Assembly (NCBI RefSeq): GCF_004010195.1
Contig: NC_057720.1
Span: forward strand, 33,604,944-33,668,943
Origin: Chiloscyllium plagiosum
Taxonomy: Eukaryota
Reading direction: 5' to 3'
DNA: 64,000 bases
Position 1 is the stretch's first letter. Each line of letters begins with the position of its first letter. Both the position numbers and the translations under genes were made by a program. The notes below the pieces were generated by a model. That model saw only the letters and a program-made list of their open reading frames with translations, searched no databases and was not told the origin of the DNA. This document shows, piece by piece, positions 1 through 13,920 of the stretch.

Positions 1-592
1 CTGTGTAGGAGTTGGGAGGCCGTGTTACAGGACATTGGTCAGGTCACTTTTGGAATACTGTGTGTAATTGTGGTCTCCCTGTTGTAGGAGGAAAGTTGTG
101 AAACCTGAAAGGGTTCAGAAAAGATTTAGAATGATGTTGCCGGGGTTGAGGATTTGAGCTTTCAGGAGAGGTTGTATCAGCTGGGGCTATTTTTACTGGA
201 GCGTCGGAGGGTAGGGGGTGACCTTTGTAGAGTTTTATACAATCATGAGGGGCATGGAGAGGGTAAATAGAAAAGGTCTTTTCCCCAGAGTGGGTTAGTC
301 AAAACTAGAGGGCATAGGTTTAAGGTGAGAGAGCAAAGATTTAAAGGGACCTCAGGGGCAACTTTTTCATGCAGAGGGTGATGTGGATATGGAATGAGCT
401 GCCAGAGGAAGTGGTGGAGGCCGGTACAATTGCAACATTCAAAAGACATCAGGATGGATCTATGAATAGGAACGTTTTGGAGGGATATGGGGCAAGTGCT
501 GGCAAATCGGACGAGATTTATCTCGGCTATCTGGTTAGCATGGATGAGTTGGATCAAAGGGCCTGTTTCTGTGCTGGACATTGCTATGACTC
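1..592 (+). mobile_element. CR1 LINE 3' fragment
   Basis: Degenerate ORF2 C-terminus (QRVMWIWNELPEEVVEAGTIATFKRH) followed by 3' UTR. Confidence 0.88.
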
Positions 593-2384
593 CAACAGAA
601 GAATTAATTACTATTTGTATGATCTTTTTTGGGATAAATTGGCTGCTGAGTTTAGCCATCTAGCAATAGTATCTTTGCTTGAAAGGTAATTCATTAAACA
701 TGAAGTATTTTAGAGGATACGATATCGAGCTGAAAGTACCAGTCTATGTTCCTTATTTTCATGCAAACTAGTGTTTTGTATTTCTCGAAGAATTAAAGGT
801 CAGCTTCATGCAGAGATTTCTGGAGCTGCTGTTATTGATACTTAAAAAAAGAAGCACATAACAGATATATTACACAAAATTTGTGAATTGAGAGATCTTT
901 AAAGATTGGTATTGTTTTTTCTCACCAGCCATGCTGACGGGGTGCAATATTAGCTTGTTTTTCTTTCAGATGCTGTCTGGCCCATATGTTGTCAGTTAGA
1001 ATATTGTTCAGAATGTTGATCAAGCCAATCCTTTATCCATAACTTTAACTTCTTGTCAAGAAACTGTCTGTGGATTACCAAATATTTTGTTGTCTAAGAG
1101 TGGAATCACAGAGTCAGAATATGTCTTAATCAATTAGTTTGGATTATATTATTGTTTTCCTCCCATGACTGACCTTGTTGGTATTATATTACTTTGTTAT
1201 ATGTTGATGGCATAGAACTCTATCCCTAGGAGTTAACACGGTTGAGCTATTTAACTTTAAAAAGTTTTATACTTTTTGGAGAATAATGCTCGTCATTGGC
1301 AACATTAGAGTGATGAACTCCTGTTTGTGGAGATACCAGCTCCTTCAATTGCTTGCCCCTAAGTAAACTATTTACCATGATTTTTGCTGAATTTGGAATA
1401 ATTGGCTTAAATCTCTGGTATAGCCATGCAGCTTTCCGTAAACTCTCTCCAAGTTGGAAATGCATGTTTTGGTTTTAAAAATACCCTTCTACATGTACTG
1501 GACAAAGGACTGGCATACCTTTGACTACAATAACAACTACAAGATGTGGAACTAAACTAAGGACAGAGGAATGAAAACTGAAGACTTTAATGTCAAAAGG
1601 ATCATCCTCGATAGCATCAATGTCCAATGGAACCTTCCCAGTTCTTTTGATCAAAACCAGAAGTAACACCAGAAGGGCTAAATATTCCTAATAAATATCA
1701 TATCATTTGCCCCATAGCCCTGTCAGTACCCTGATAACGTCCATACCAACCAGTGTACCGCTGGTATGTAGAATGTTAACATACTCATTAACTCCTTTAC
1801 GTCTGAGGTATTTATGAAATCTTTGATAACAAATGAATGTGGAAAGCCTTAGCTAAGTATGAAAAGCTTTTTGTGCTTCTTAACAAGTATGCCTGTAGTT
1901 TTGAGGACTTCTGACTGTCTGTGATATGAAGTATTTTGATTATATGACTTTGTGATTTTAAATCCCACAGGTCCTTTGCATATCTGACAATGGACTGTCA
2001 GCTAACTCCATTCTTTAAATCAATTCTTGGGTCATTTTTCGTACATTTCTTGCAAACACTTGTATCAGTCCTCAATTGAGTTTGCTTCTACACTCAAATT
2101 TTAAAGTTGTGATCCTCCATTTCTAGGCTTCCAATTGGTCTACAGCAGCAATGCATCTTTTTTTTTGATTATTTCATGCTAACTATTTTGAGGAGCTGAA
2201 TGGCCTATTCCTGTTCTTATTTTCCTGAATATGCAACTAGGTGATACTATTTTCAATCAAATTTATTGTATCTGATATTGCATAAAGTGTAGGATTTGTT
2301 TTAGTTGTCACACATAATGTTTTATGGCAGCAAGAGTGAAAAGAGACGAGAAGTGAAAACAAATTTTTATAAATGTACCATAGA

Positions 2385-2915
2385 TCTGTTATATCACAGC
2401 TTGCTGTGGCAACTGCTCGGCTCAAGAAGTTACAGAGAGTTATGAATGCAGCCCAGCCCAACACGAAAACCAGTGTTCCGTCCATTCTGAGTGTCGCCCG
2501 AAACGTTAACTTTGACTTCTCTTCACAGATGCTGCCAAAACCTGCTGAGCTTTTCCAAAAACTTCTGTTCTTGATTCCATCCATTGACTCCATCTACAAT
2601 TCTCGCTATCATGGGAAAATAGCCAACTAATCAAAGACCCCTCTCACCTCAGTTGTACTCTCTTCCACCCTCTTCTGTTGGGCGGAAGGTACAAAAGTTT
2701 GAAACACCTACCGATAGATTCGAGAACTGCTTCTCCCCTGCTGTTATGAGACTTATGATTGGACCCGTCACATATCAGAGTTGACCTTTCTCTGCACTTT
2801 TTCTGGAGCTGTAACACTATCTTCTACATTCTGTCCTATTAGGCTGATGTATGTATGTGGGTATGATTTGTCTGGGTAGCATGGAAAACAGTACTTTTAG
2901 CTGTATGTCAGTACG
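2385..2915 (+). mobile_element. Rex1/Babar-like LINE 3' fragment, interrupted by a short PLE terminus at about 2486-2579
   Basis: KKLQRVMNAAQ motif; 3' UTR similar to 12200-12590 and 42375-42576. Confidence 0.65.
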
Positions 2916-2917
2916 TA

Positions 2918-3505
2918 AGACCATAAGACAGAGGAACAGAAAGTAGGCCATTTGGCCCATCGAGTCTGCTTCACTGTCTCACAGCAACCTTTGATCCCCT
3001 TGGCAATCAAGAACTTATCTATCTCTTGTCTTAAGTATACTCAATGACCGGGCCTCCACAGCATTCTGTGGCAATGAATTCCACAGATTCACCACTCTCT
3101 GGCTAAAGAAGTTTCTCATTATCTCTGTTATAAATGGTCTTCACTTTACTCTAAGGCTGTGTCCTTGGGCCCTCCTCTCTCTCGCCAGTGGAAACATCTT
3201 CTGAACATCCACTCTGTCCAGGCTATTCAGTAAGTTTCAATCAGATTCTCCATTGTCTTCTAAAGTCCCAGACTCCTCAAACATTCCTCAAGCCTTTCAT
3301 TCCTTGATTCATTCTTGTGAACCTCCTCTGGACTTGCTTCAGGGTCAATACATCCTTCCTGAAGTATGGGGCCCAAAATTCCTCACAATACTCTAAATGT
3401 GGTCTGACCAGAGCCTTGTAAAGCCTCAGAAGTACATCCCCGCTTTTATATTCTTGTCCTTGCGAGATGAATGACAACATTGTATTTGCCTTCCTAACTA
3501 ACTAC
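2918..3505 (-). mobile_element. CR1 LINE 3' fragment
   Basis: LYKALVRPHLEYCEEFWAPY in ORF 3277-3480. Confidence 0.88.
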
Positions 3506-4822
3506 TGACTCAACCGACATGTGAAAATAATAAATCAACTCAAATCAAAACAGAGAGCCTATAGAATGAACGTGGGTAAGAAATAGAGACAATGGGAGAT
3601 AAGGAGCAGACAAAGTAGTACAGATAGATTATTTTATTTTTAATGACTTTTTATGACAAATCCAAACCAAAAGTAGCTTCACAAACAAAAATGAGGGAAA
3701 GTGTGAGAAACAGAAAGGGGATTAACAAGAAGTGGAAATTAGATATAAAAGGAGGAAAGCAACAAAAAAGGAAGGAATGGAGATGGTGTAGAAACGGTTG
3801 ATGTAAAGACACAGTCAAAATATTTCAGCATAATGAGATATGATAAAACTGACAATAGTAATGTAGCTGCACCTGACACCTTGGTAATACTATAACACAA
3901 GTAAAACCTGTAAAACATTGCTATCAAATTAGTATCTTCAGTTACCAATCATTGCCTAAACCATTAGGATTTGCATGTAGTAATGGAATGGGGGTTTCAA
4001 AAAAAATTGCAATAGTACTGAAAAATAAACGTGTCCCACAAGAAAAACATTTAAATATCAAGTTTGATTGAATGTATTATAAATGGATTGGTGTTACAAA
4101 ATGTGCTGCATTCCCCAACATACCTTCATGTTCCTGCATGTGCCGTATTCGAGATTGGCAATCAAAGTAGTATCTTCATTGCAATCACATTTCTTTGAAT
4201 TCAGGATTGATTGTAACTCTTTCATCATGGACTTGAGCAGAATCAAAACTTCTCAACATGGGAAATGCAACATAAAATTGTGGATATATAAAATCATTGG
4301 TATTAAAATATATGACACTTGCATATCTCATAGTTTAAAAATTACGGTTAGCAACCATGTCACTGACACTGTTTTTCAGCTGTCTTTTTAATACATTATT
4401 GTGAAATACTTCCACAGCTTTTGCACTCAGCTGGCCAGTCACTGCCTTCCTCATAAGATTCTTAGCTGCGTGTGTGAATATGTAATAAGAAAAGTCTATT
4501 AATCCCCTGCAGCTTGCACTGTTGTTGACTCTCCCTAAAGACAAAAGTGATTTGCATCTCTTCAAAACTCTCTTGTGTTTTTCAAATGTCCCAAACTCTC
4601 TAGCGTAGAATTAATTATCTGGTGCCGTTCTGGGTGATAAAGTGGCAACCGTTTTCTGCACAGTAAGTTTCCACAAACTACAGAGAGTTTAAAATAACTT
4701 CCTTTTAATAATCACTCAATTGAAAACAGTATTTTGGATTTCATTCTCACTATTTTCCTCTGCCCCAGTCGTAAATAGTGTTGGGAAGAAAATGCGAAAG
4801 CTGAACGCTAATTTGTTGGGAA

Positions 4823-5530
4823 GTGGTGGCATGTTAGTAATGTAATTGGGTTTATAATTCAGAATAGATTAGGCATAAGTGAGGACTGCAGATGCTGGAA
4901 ATCAGAGTCTAGATTAGAGTGGTGCTGGAAAAGCACAGCCAGTCAAGTAGCATCCGAGAAGCAGGAAAATTGACGTTTCGGGCAAAAGCCCTTCATCAGG
5001 ACTGAAGGCAGGGAACCTCCGTGTGTGGCTGGGGAGAAGGTAGCAAAGAGTACAATAGGTGGATGGGAGTGGGGATGAAGTGATAGGTCAGAGAGGAGGG
5101 TGGAGTGGATAGGTGGGAAGGGAGATTGGCAGGTAGGACCGGTCATGAGAATGGTGCAGAGCTGGAAGGTTGGAACTCGGGTAAGGTGGGGGGAGGGGAA
5201 ATGAGGAAACTGGTGAAGTCCAGAATCCCAAGGTTAATGTTCTGAGCTCGCGGTATGAATTCCATCTTGGCAGATGATGAAAACTGAATTCGATAAAATC
5301 TTGAATTAGCAGCTGACCTAATGGGGACCATATAACCAGTGCCAATTGTTGTAAAAGCCCAACTGGTTCACTAATCTCCTTTAGGGAAGAAAAGCTCAAA
5401 TTTCCTGGTCTGGTGTATTTGTGATTCCAGACCCAAAGCAACGTGATTAACTTAACTATCCTCTGGGCAATTTAGAACTGCCAGTAAATGCTATGCCTAA
5501 CCAGAGACCAACATTCCATGAACAAATAAG
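4823..5530 (+). mobile_element. tRNA-headed SINE interrupted by a PLE fragment
   Basis: Similar to copies at 31950-32276, 36735-37218 and 51029-51535. Confidence 0.6.
4875..5216 (-). mobile_element. Penelope-like element 3' terminus (pseudo-LTR) with hammerhead motif
   Basis: Same terminus as 20710-20890 and 59067-59213. Minus strand reads CTGATGAagggcttttgcccGAAACGTC at 4972-4999. Confidence 0.75.
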
Positions 5531-6024
5531 AAAAGAAAACCCTGTATGTACTTCCATATACAATTGGCCAACTAAACACTAACATACAAGCTGACCTATC
5601 AAAACATTCCAGATAGACAGAAACTGGGCCTTGTTATTGTAGATTGAGTGATTCTTCATTATGGAGCATAAGCAGACATGTATATTTGTAGCTCGTTGTA
5701 CCTTCATACATTTTACCAACTTTACTAAGTAACCACTTTATTGAATGTGTCTGTTTGGACATGGAAATCTGTTACGAATTTGCCACTTCTCTCACTCCTT
5801 CTCCTACTCCCTTGAGATGTATCATCTTTTGTTCTATTGCACTATTCTTTCCCATTTCAGTGCAAACATGAGACAATACCTCTTTCTCCATCTGGGTTAC
5901 TGCCTTTAGTCATTGATCTGAGATTTTAACTCTCACTCATTTCTGTCCTACTCAATAATCTTTGTGGTCTCTCTTCCACATGGAGCAGTTTAACTCACTG
6001 TGTCTTTCTAATCAATCTCTGTAT

Positions 6025-6163
6025 TGAAGAGTGTGGTGCTGGAAAGCACACCGGTCAGGCAGCATCTGAGGAGCAAGAGAGTCGACTTTTCAAGCATAAG
6101 CTCTTCATCAGTAAGAGCACTTCTTGACTCTGATCTCCAGCGTCTGCAGTCCTCACTTTCTCC
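6025..6163. mobile_element. Short PLE terminus with internal inversion
   Basis: Minus-sense pLTR part joined to plus-sense ...ctgcagtcctcactttctcc end. Confidence 0.7.
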
Positions 6164-7039
6164 AAATGAATTTCCATAGCTCGGATGAGATGAGCTTGCA
6201 TATGATTTAATATTTTTCCACTTTATCCAGTTTTGAACAAAAACCAATTCAATGGCAATTAATTCTAGAACCTGCATACATTTCTTTCTGCTTTCATTTA
6301 TCATAATTGACTGTTGGCCTTTATCCATTTCTGTCTCTTTCTCCCCCCCCCCCCCACCCCTCCCCACCACCACCACCACATCTTTGTTCTTGTCAATTCT
6401 GTAAAGGAACTTAACAGCGTTTCCTGTAGTCAGAGCTAAAGGAAGGACTTTATTTGTAATTTTGGACTCCATTTTTCTTGAAATTGGCCAGCTGTCAATT
6501 TTGGCAAATTTTGTGGAGTGTTTTTCCTCAAAGTACTAGCATGATTTCTCATTCTATTCTCCACATCCCACCTCATTAGCTCTGCATCATACCTCGATGG
6601 CCCCAGCAATATCAATGGTGGCAATACTCATCACTGATAGGACCTCCTGGGACTCCAGGCTCTGGTGCCACTTTTAAGGCCCAGTTATGCACCAGGTCAA
6701 GCATTACCAACCAGGGGTTGCCCTTCAGAGTGCATGTAGTATGGGAAGAACAGAATTTAAAAAAAACACACTTGTGAAGGCACATAGGTAAAATTTCATT
6801 GCAAATGGAAGTGCACATTTGTAAATGTATTGCTACTTAAGAACCAAGCCACACAGGTTACCTGTCCTTCATGTCATCTCATCTTACAGCCGGTTCTAAA
6901 GGAGTGCTACTCTTGATCTAATGCCCCTTGTGGCCTAACTTCTTCTCATTGTGCAAGCATTACAGACTGGAGAGCCTTCAACAATTGAAAATATTCCCCT
7001 TTCTTCAGCAAAGTGAAAGCAAAAAAAAAACCCAAAGGC

Positions 7040-7130
7040 TGTAACAAAAACAGAAATTGCTGGAGAAGTTCAGCAGGTCTGTGGAGAAAAAGCAGAGTTA
7101 ACGTTTTAGGTCCAGTGACTCTGCAGAACA
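7040..7130 (-). mobile_element. Short PLE-type terminus
   Basis: aacaaaaacagaaattgctggag...gttaacgttttaggtccagtgac; same family as 27470-27600, 41198-41287 and 49560-49660. Confidence 0.6.
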
Positions 7131-7369
7131 TAATTTGTGTTTTGCTTCTCTGAATAGAAAGGGTCCATTTCCCTTTAGAGTACCAACACATTGACAGTCA
7201 ATGCGCCCAGCTTGCATCCATTACAACTACATTTCAATTCAGTCATTTTTGGCTTGTTGCCTAATGCTGCACTACTCCATCATCTTCCTGCTCAATGTCC
7301 TTATCTTCCTCCATGGAAGACTCCTCCTACTCTCCCAGTTCATGAGAGTCCTTTACATCCCCTCATTGC

Positions 7370-8005
7370 CTACTGCAGTTGTACAGAGCACAGTGTGCTT
7401 AGGTTATACGGCTACTCTGTCTGCAGTGTACTGCGTGGCCACCACCTGAACCTTCCAAATCGAAGCTTTGCAACCTCTTCTTCAGGAGGTCTACCATCTG
7501 CTCAGTCACAGCCTTAGCTAAGAACTGTATCTATGTTCATCTGTGTTACAGGATCTTCAGCTATGATTGCAGAGATCGCCCTTGTCTTCCAATGATCTTC
7601 CTTGTAAACCAGCCAGCCTTTGAAACAAAGCAGGTTCTCAAGTATGCAGCTAACATGGCAGCGCCCAGGATCTCTGGCACAGACGGCTGAGATCTGGTAC
7701 CAATGATCATGAAATCCCTTTCAGTCAATGTCATCTGCTATGTTGTGATATGGTGCTCTCAACTTGGCATGCATACACTCTGTAGTGCCCTTGCTATGTT
7801 TGCAAAGCCTACTGCCCAGGCTTCAACACTGACCTTATCGTGAGGTAATGCGCTGAGGCAGTATGATCCGATACAAATGATATCAGTACCAACCTTGGTA
7901 TATCTGTGGGTTCAGGATTGAGGCATTCCACATAGAACCCCTGAGCTCCTTGTAAGCTGCCAGTTCCACAAAAGTTTAGCAAAGCTGTCATCTTGATGGC
8001 CATTG
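7370..8005 (-). pseudogene. PIF/Harbinger DDE transposase relic
   Basis: Minus-strand motifs in the expected order: AIKMTALLNFCGTGSLQG, ARDPGRCH (cf. ARxPGSxHD), LEDKG (cf. LGDKGY), HCAL (cf. CCALHN). Heavily frameshifted. Confidence 0.6.
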
Positions 8006-8131
8006 AGATTGAAACATAGAAAATCAGGGCAGGTTTAGACTATTCTACCTTTTGAGCCTGTTCCACCATCCAATAGGATCCTGGTCAGTTAAACTATTCT
8101 GTATGCTGTTCCTGCTTTCTCCCCATGTCCT

Positions 8132-8462
8132 GATTAGATTAGATTACTTATAGATTAGATTATTTACAGTGTGGAAACAGGCCCTACGGACCAACAAGTC
8201 CACACTGACCCGCCGAAGCGCAACCCACCCAAACCCATTCCCCTACATTTTTACCCCTTTCACCTAACACTATGGGCAATTTAGCATGGCCAATCCACCT
8301 AACCTGCACATTTTTGGACTGTGAGAGGAAACCGGAGCACCCAGAGGAAACCCACGCAGACATGGGAAGAATGTGCAAACTCCACACAGTCAGTCACCTG
8401 AGGTGGGAATTGAACCCGGACCTCTTGCGCTGTGAGGCAATATGCTAGCCACTGTGCCGCCC
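8132..8462 (-). mobile_element. HE1-type SINE
   Basis: tRNA-like head with A/B boxes, conserved core and (aatct)n tail, in reverse. Confidence 0.88.
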
Positions 8463-9084
8463 AAGCCTTTGATCTCTTTAGCCTGAAGAACTATATCTAA
8501 TTCCTTCTTGAAACCATTCAGTGTTTTGCCCTCAATTGGTTTCTATGCCAGAGAATTCCACAGGCTTCGCACTCTCTCGATGAAGAAACTTCTCATCTTA
8601 CATGGCCTATCAGGTATCCTTAAGCTGGCCTGGTCTCCCCAGTGATTGGGAACATTTGTCCAGCCATTTACCTTGTCTACTCCTGTAAGAATTTTATAGG
8701 TTTCAATGAGATCCCCCATCATCCTTCTAAACACAAATGAACACCATCCTAACTGATCCAGTCTGTCTTTGTACACCAGCCCTGCCGTCCCAGGAATCAG
8801 TCTGGTAAACCCTTGTTACCGTCCCTCCAAAGACAGAATATGCTTTCTCAGATAAGGATACCAAGACTTGCCATGATACTCCACGTGTGGTCTCAACAGA
8901 GTCGGTACGATTGTAACAAGACATCCCTGTTCTTGTACATGAATCCTCCTATGAAGGCCGAAGTACCACTTGTCATCTTCACTGCCAGCTGCTCATGCAT
9001 GCTTACTTTTCAGCGTCTAGTATATAAGGAGCCAGGGTCTTGTTGCACTTCTTTCATTCCCAATCGATCACCATTTAGGTAGTA

Positions 9085-9711
9085 CAGAGAAACCTTGATC
9101 ATCCAAACGAGATGGGCAGGCAGTATTTCATTTGGATAATTGATTATTCAGATATTCGATTTGACCTTAAACAAGGAAAACCATGCTGATTTAATGCTGT
9201 TCTCTGCTGGGGAGTTTGTTTAAAACTATAATTTTGACGAGTCTGTTTTTTTAAACAAACTAATTTTTGCTTTCTGCACATTACAGGTTAAACTGAGAAG
9301 GACTAAATCCTTACCATGACATAAATATATGAAATCCCAGCATTAAACAAGGTCCCGAACAGCTTCTACAATCGCAAGAGCAGTTCCCGTGAACTCAGTG
9401 TCACGACAGATAGCCAGAAGTACAGCCTCGTGCATGCGTTTACTTTCTCTGCCACTTTTTTCATGAACACTTAGGTAAAGTCATGGGAATAAAGCACTTA
9501 CTTTTACAAAGGGCTGTGTAACTAACCCTTATGTAAAAATTATCCAGTTGCTGATGCTTGAGCTGCTTGCGTTTCTTTGTTTTTGCCAGCACCTTCACAT
9601 GTTCTTCAGGACAGGTAAACCGAATACACTTACCTCTTTGATGTAACGCTTTTACGGGACTTTGAGATCTTCTTTGGATGATCCAAAATTTGGATAATTG
9701 AGATTCCTCTG
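9085..9711. mobile_element. Tigger/pogo-type non-autonomous DNA transposon
   Basis: Imperfect terminal inverted repeats cagagaaaccttgatcatccaaa / tttggataattgagattcctctg, flanked by TA (9083-9084, 9712-9713). Splits a CR1. Confidence 0.8.
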
Positions 9712-10237
9712 TATTCTGCCTTTCTGTTTTTGCTACCAAAGTGGATAGCTTCACACTTATCTGAATTGTACTTCATCTGCCATGCATTTGCCCACGCATT
9801 CAATTTGTCCAAATCATTGAAGCATTTCTGCATCCTCCTCACACTTCACCCTCCCACTCAGGCTTTGCATCATCTGCAAACTTGGAAATATTACATTTCT
9901 TTCCCTTGTCTAAATCATCAATATGATTTGAATAGCTGTAGTCCAAGCACTGATCTCTGTGCTACCCCACCAGTTTCTGGCTGTGAATGTGGCTCACTTT
10001 TAAAGTCATCTGAGATTAATTCTGCTTCACAGAGATAACTAGCTTCAATCTATAATGACTGATGACCTGATCAAGATTGCTTGTGACCAGGAATGGTACT
10101 GCATATAGTTGGTCACTTCATGTATTTCACATGCAGATTATTATGATTACAGCCGCCTTCAAACTGTAGTGTGCAAGTGCCTGATTAACACTTGCCCCGA
10201 TCGCTGACAAGTAAAATCTATGTGCTCAGTAAGTACT

Positions 10238-10582
10238 GGGTAGCACGGTGGCTCATTGGTTAGCACTACTGTTTCTCAGTGGCAGGGACCCGGGTTCAAT
10301 TCCACCCTTGGGCGACTCTGTTCGCACATTCTCCCTGTGTCTGCGTGGTTTTCCTTTGGGTGCTCCAGTTCCCTCCCACAATCCAAAGATGTGCAGGTTA
10401 GGTGAATTGACCATACTAAATTGCCTATTATGTCCAGGAATGTGTGGATTATGTGCATTAGTCAAGGGTAAATGTCAAATAATAGGATAGGGGAATGGGT
10501 CTGGGTGGGTTACTCATCAGTTTGGACTTGTTGGGCTGAATGACCTGTTTCCTGTAGGGATTCTATGATTCTATTCTATGAT
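10238..10582 (+). mobile_element. HE1-type SINE
   Basis: gcacggtggctcattggttagcac...gggttcaattcc head and ctatgatt tail. Confidence 0.88.
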
Positions 10583-11549
10583 TCACTTATTCTGCCCACT
10601 TAGGATGTGGCTGCAGCCATTTTCAGCTTCCTGTGCACATTTCAATTGGCATGAGTATGGAAGGTAATGTAGGTCACATTTGGCATAGTGTGTTGCCGGC
10701 TTAGCCTGGTAATCAAGGGCAGCCCTCGAAACTGCCATGCTCCTTTCTTCCTGGCATCCTTTGTTATGCCCATCTGTATTGAGCTTCCACACATTGCCAC
10801 AAATCTCTTGAATTATGACCTAATCTTTCAACATTACCCTGAGCCCTAGCCTTACAATTTAGTCAAGTCAACCATTATGCAGCACGAAACTGTAGTTCTG
10901 TTCCCCTGGTCAAAGCTAGGGTGATTGTGACCATTGATGATACCTCTTCCTATAGTCAGCCATGTCCTCCAACGCATTATCATCTCCTCACCATACATAT
11001 TGGGTTGGCCCACTTCACAATTATTGTCTCCTCTGCATTCCAACATGATGCCTGCAATCCTCAGAATTGACTTGCCCAACTTCCCTACCACAACAGTGGG
11101 TCCTGATCAACCTGCTTGAGTTTCATTGACTTGTCCAGACGGTACCAACTGATCTCTCTGCAGCTCCCCGAGTGACTTGCTATGACTCCTTGGACAGGTT
11201 GTTCTGGACTTGTAGGACTGACTGGCCCACTACCCAGACTGTAGAAGTATGGTCCCCAACTACAAATGTCCCAAGAAGCTGACTGATGGTGTCCAAGCCC
11301 TGTGCTGAAATCAGACACTGCCCTTGACCAACTGTGCCGAAACTCCCTGACTGAAGGGTATCTCCCCAGATCTGATTGAGGGCCACATCCCTTGGTTGAA
11401 GTCCATGCAGTATGTTTGCTGTGTAGGTGCGACTTTAACATAGCTTGGTGCCATATAGGAACATGTCCTCTTTCTAACTGATTACTACTTATAGCCATAA
11501 CAGGCTACTTGGCTTTATGTTTGTGGTAAAAGGCAAGGTAAGGCAGATA

Positions 11550-12592
11550 TACTGTGAGCTTCAAGCTCTGGCAGTGGGCCAAAGCACAAAAAGGCCAATC
11601 AGGCCACAGAACTGATCTCCAAACTCTGAGACCTAGGAGTCTCTTCCGCCTCCTCAACTGGATCCTTGATATTCTGACCCACAGACCACACTCAGTAAGG
11701 ATAGGTGACAGCCGTGATTCACAACACCAGTGCCCCATGAGGCTGTGTACTCAGCCCTCTACTACACACACAACTATCTGGCCAATTTCAGCTCTAACTC
11801 TGTTTACAACTTTGCTGATGGCACCATCATAGTCAGTCAGACTCAAACAACAACAACAGGACAGAGTACAGGAAGGAGATAGACAGCTTCGTGGCATGGT
11901 GTAAAGATAATCTCCCCCTCGGTGTCAGCAAAAGAAAGGAGCTGGTCATTGACTTCAGGAAGGGGAGTGGAAGGCACGCCTTTGCCTGTATTTGGGTGCT
12001 GAGGTGGAGGTGATCGAGAGGTTCGAGTTCCTCGCAGTAACTGTCACCAATAATCTGTCCTGGTCCATCCACGTTGATGCTATGGTCAGGACACACACCA
12101 GTGCCTCTACCTCCTCAGGCTAAAGAAATTCGGCATGTCCACAATTACTCGTATCCATTTTTACAGATGCATCATAGATAGCATCCTGTCCGAATAACTT
12201 AGTCCATCATGGAAACCCGCCTTCCTCCGTTGACTCCATCTGCACTTCCTGCTGCCTCGGGAAAGCAGCTAAGATAACTAAGGACCGCTACCACCCTGGC
12301 TACACTCTCATCCATAGTCTTCCATCAGGCAGAAGATAGTTTGAAAACATGTATTAGCAGGTTCAAGAATAGCTTGTTCTCCACTGTTTGCACATTTTTG
12401 AATGGACCTCTCATATATCAGAATTGATCTTTCTTTGAGCCTTCTCTGTAGCTGTAGCATTATATTCTGCATTCTGTTCTGTTACCCTGATGTATTTATG
12501 TAAGGATGATTTGCCTGGATAGCGCTCAAAACAATCCTTTTTACTGTAACTCCCTATATTTGGCAATAATATATCAAATCAAATTAAATCAA
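11550..12592 (+). mobile_element. Rex1/Babar-like LINE 3' fragment
   Basis: NWILDILTHRPHSVRIG RT motif; (aatca)n tail. Confidence 0.7.
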
Positions 12593-13020
12593 AGATGCGA
12601 TGAGCATCCAAGTATGTGAAAAAGTGAGTTAGCATGAGGAGAGTAAGTGAGGAACCCTGTGATGTAGCCTGCTCTAATCCAGGAGATCGGTGCCTGTCCA
12701 TGCATGCAAAGTGATTTGCTAGCTGTGTGACAATGAAAGGTGCTGATATGCTTCAAAGTACAGCATTGGAGAACCATATTGTGAATGGGTTAGAGATGTG
12801 CCAACCTCCTCGCATGATTAGTCGCTGCCCACTGATTGCGCCCAGAGATGTTGCAGTCTGCTGACCAAGATGGATGCCAGGGGATTAAACAGAGAGCTGA
12901 AGTCGCCAGGTACCCACTGTTGACTTTCCTGTTGGGGTTGTCATTGTCCAGTTTCTCTTTGCGTGTGAGAGTATCAATAAGACAAGATTAGGTTCTTATG
13001 GCATGCAAATATATTCATTT

Positions 13021-13341
13021 GGGGTGGCACGGTGGCTCAGTAGTTAGCACTGCTGCCTAACAGCACCAGGGTCCCAGGTTCGATTCCAGCCTCTGGCGAC
13101 TGTCTGTGTGGAGTTTGCACGTTCTCCCAGGGTATGTGTGGGATTCCTCCAGGTGCTCCGGTTTCCTCCCACAGTCCAAAGATGTGCAGGTCAGGTGAAT
13201 TGGCCATGCTAAATTGCCTACAGTCTTAGTTGCATGAGTCAGAGGGAAATGGGTCTGGGTGGGTTGCTCTTCGGAGGGTCACTGTGGACTGGTTGGGCTG
13301 AAGGGCTTGTTTCCACACTGTAGGGAATTTGTATCTATCTA
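13021..13341 (+). mobile_element. HE1-type SINE
   Basis: Same head, core and tail as the other copies. Confidence 0.9.
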
Positions 13342-13810
13342 AGCCAGTTGCAACTCACAGTGAGATTCTCATCTTGCTGTTCAAAACTTGATTGTAGTAT
13401 GTCTCTTTATTATTCTTGATGTTTAGAATCTGCCAGTCTCGCCATATTTTCTCAAATTGCTCACCATTGCACACATCGTTCAGGAGCTGGAAAGACTCCA
13501 CTCATCTTTCCCTCCATTCCGATCTGACAGGTCACCTTTGCCTTTACACCATATCCATGCTCTCAAGCTTACAAGTAGCTGGCTGATTGAACAGCAAATG
13601 CAGGTAATGGTTTGTAGGGTGATAATCATCTACTTAGTCAGATTCTCATTTCCTGAGACAAAATATTTTTGATTGCACTCTCACTCCCGAGATCTGAGCA
13701 CATAAACTTGGTTGACATTTCAGTCTTGAGGTTGTGTTGCACTGGCAGAGATAAGGCCTTGAGAATGAGATGTTTATCTAAAGTCCCATTTACAAGGCAC
13801 AATGCTTTTC

Positions 13811-13920
13811 AAATGTGTTGCTGGAACAGCGCAGCAGGTCAGGCAGCATCCAGGGAACAGGAGAATCGACGTTTCGGGCATAAGCCCTTCTTCAGGAATC
13901 TGCAGACCTCACTTTCTCCT
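13811..13920. mobile_element. Short PLE terminus with inversion, hammerhead motif and about 10-bp target-site duplication
   Basis: Flanked by caatgctttt (13800-13809, 13921-13930). Minus strand reads CTGAAGAagggcttatgcccGAAACGTC. Confidence 0.75.

Larger units (their letters stand above)
8010..9985 (-). mobile_element. CR1 LINE fragment with nested HE1-type SINE and MITE
   Basis: GDLIETYKIL and WQMKYNSDKCEAIHFG motifs; the sequence resumes across both insertions. Confidence 0.85.

Noticed and set aside
10830..11500. Coding exon or retroelement domain
   Set aside because: No recognisable motif or consistent splice signals.
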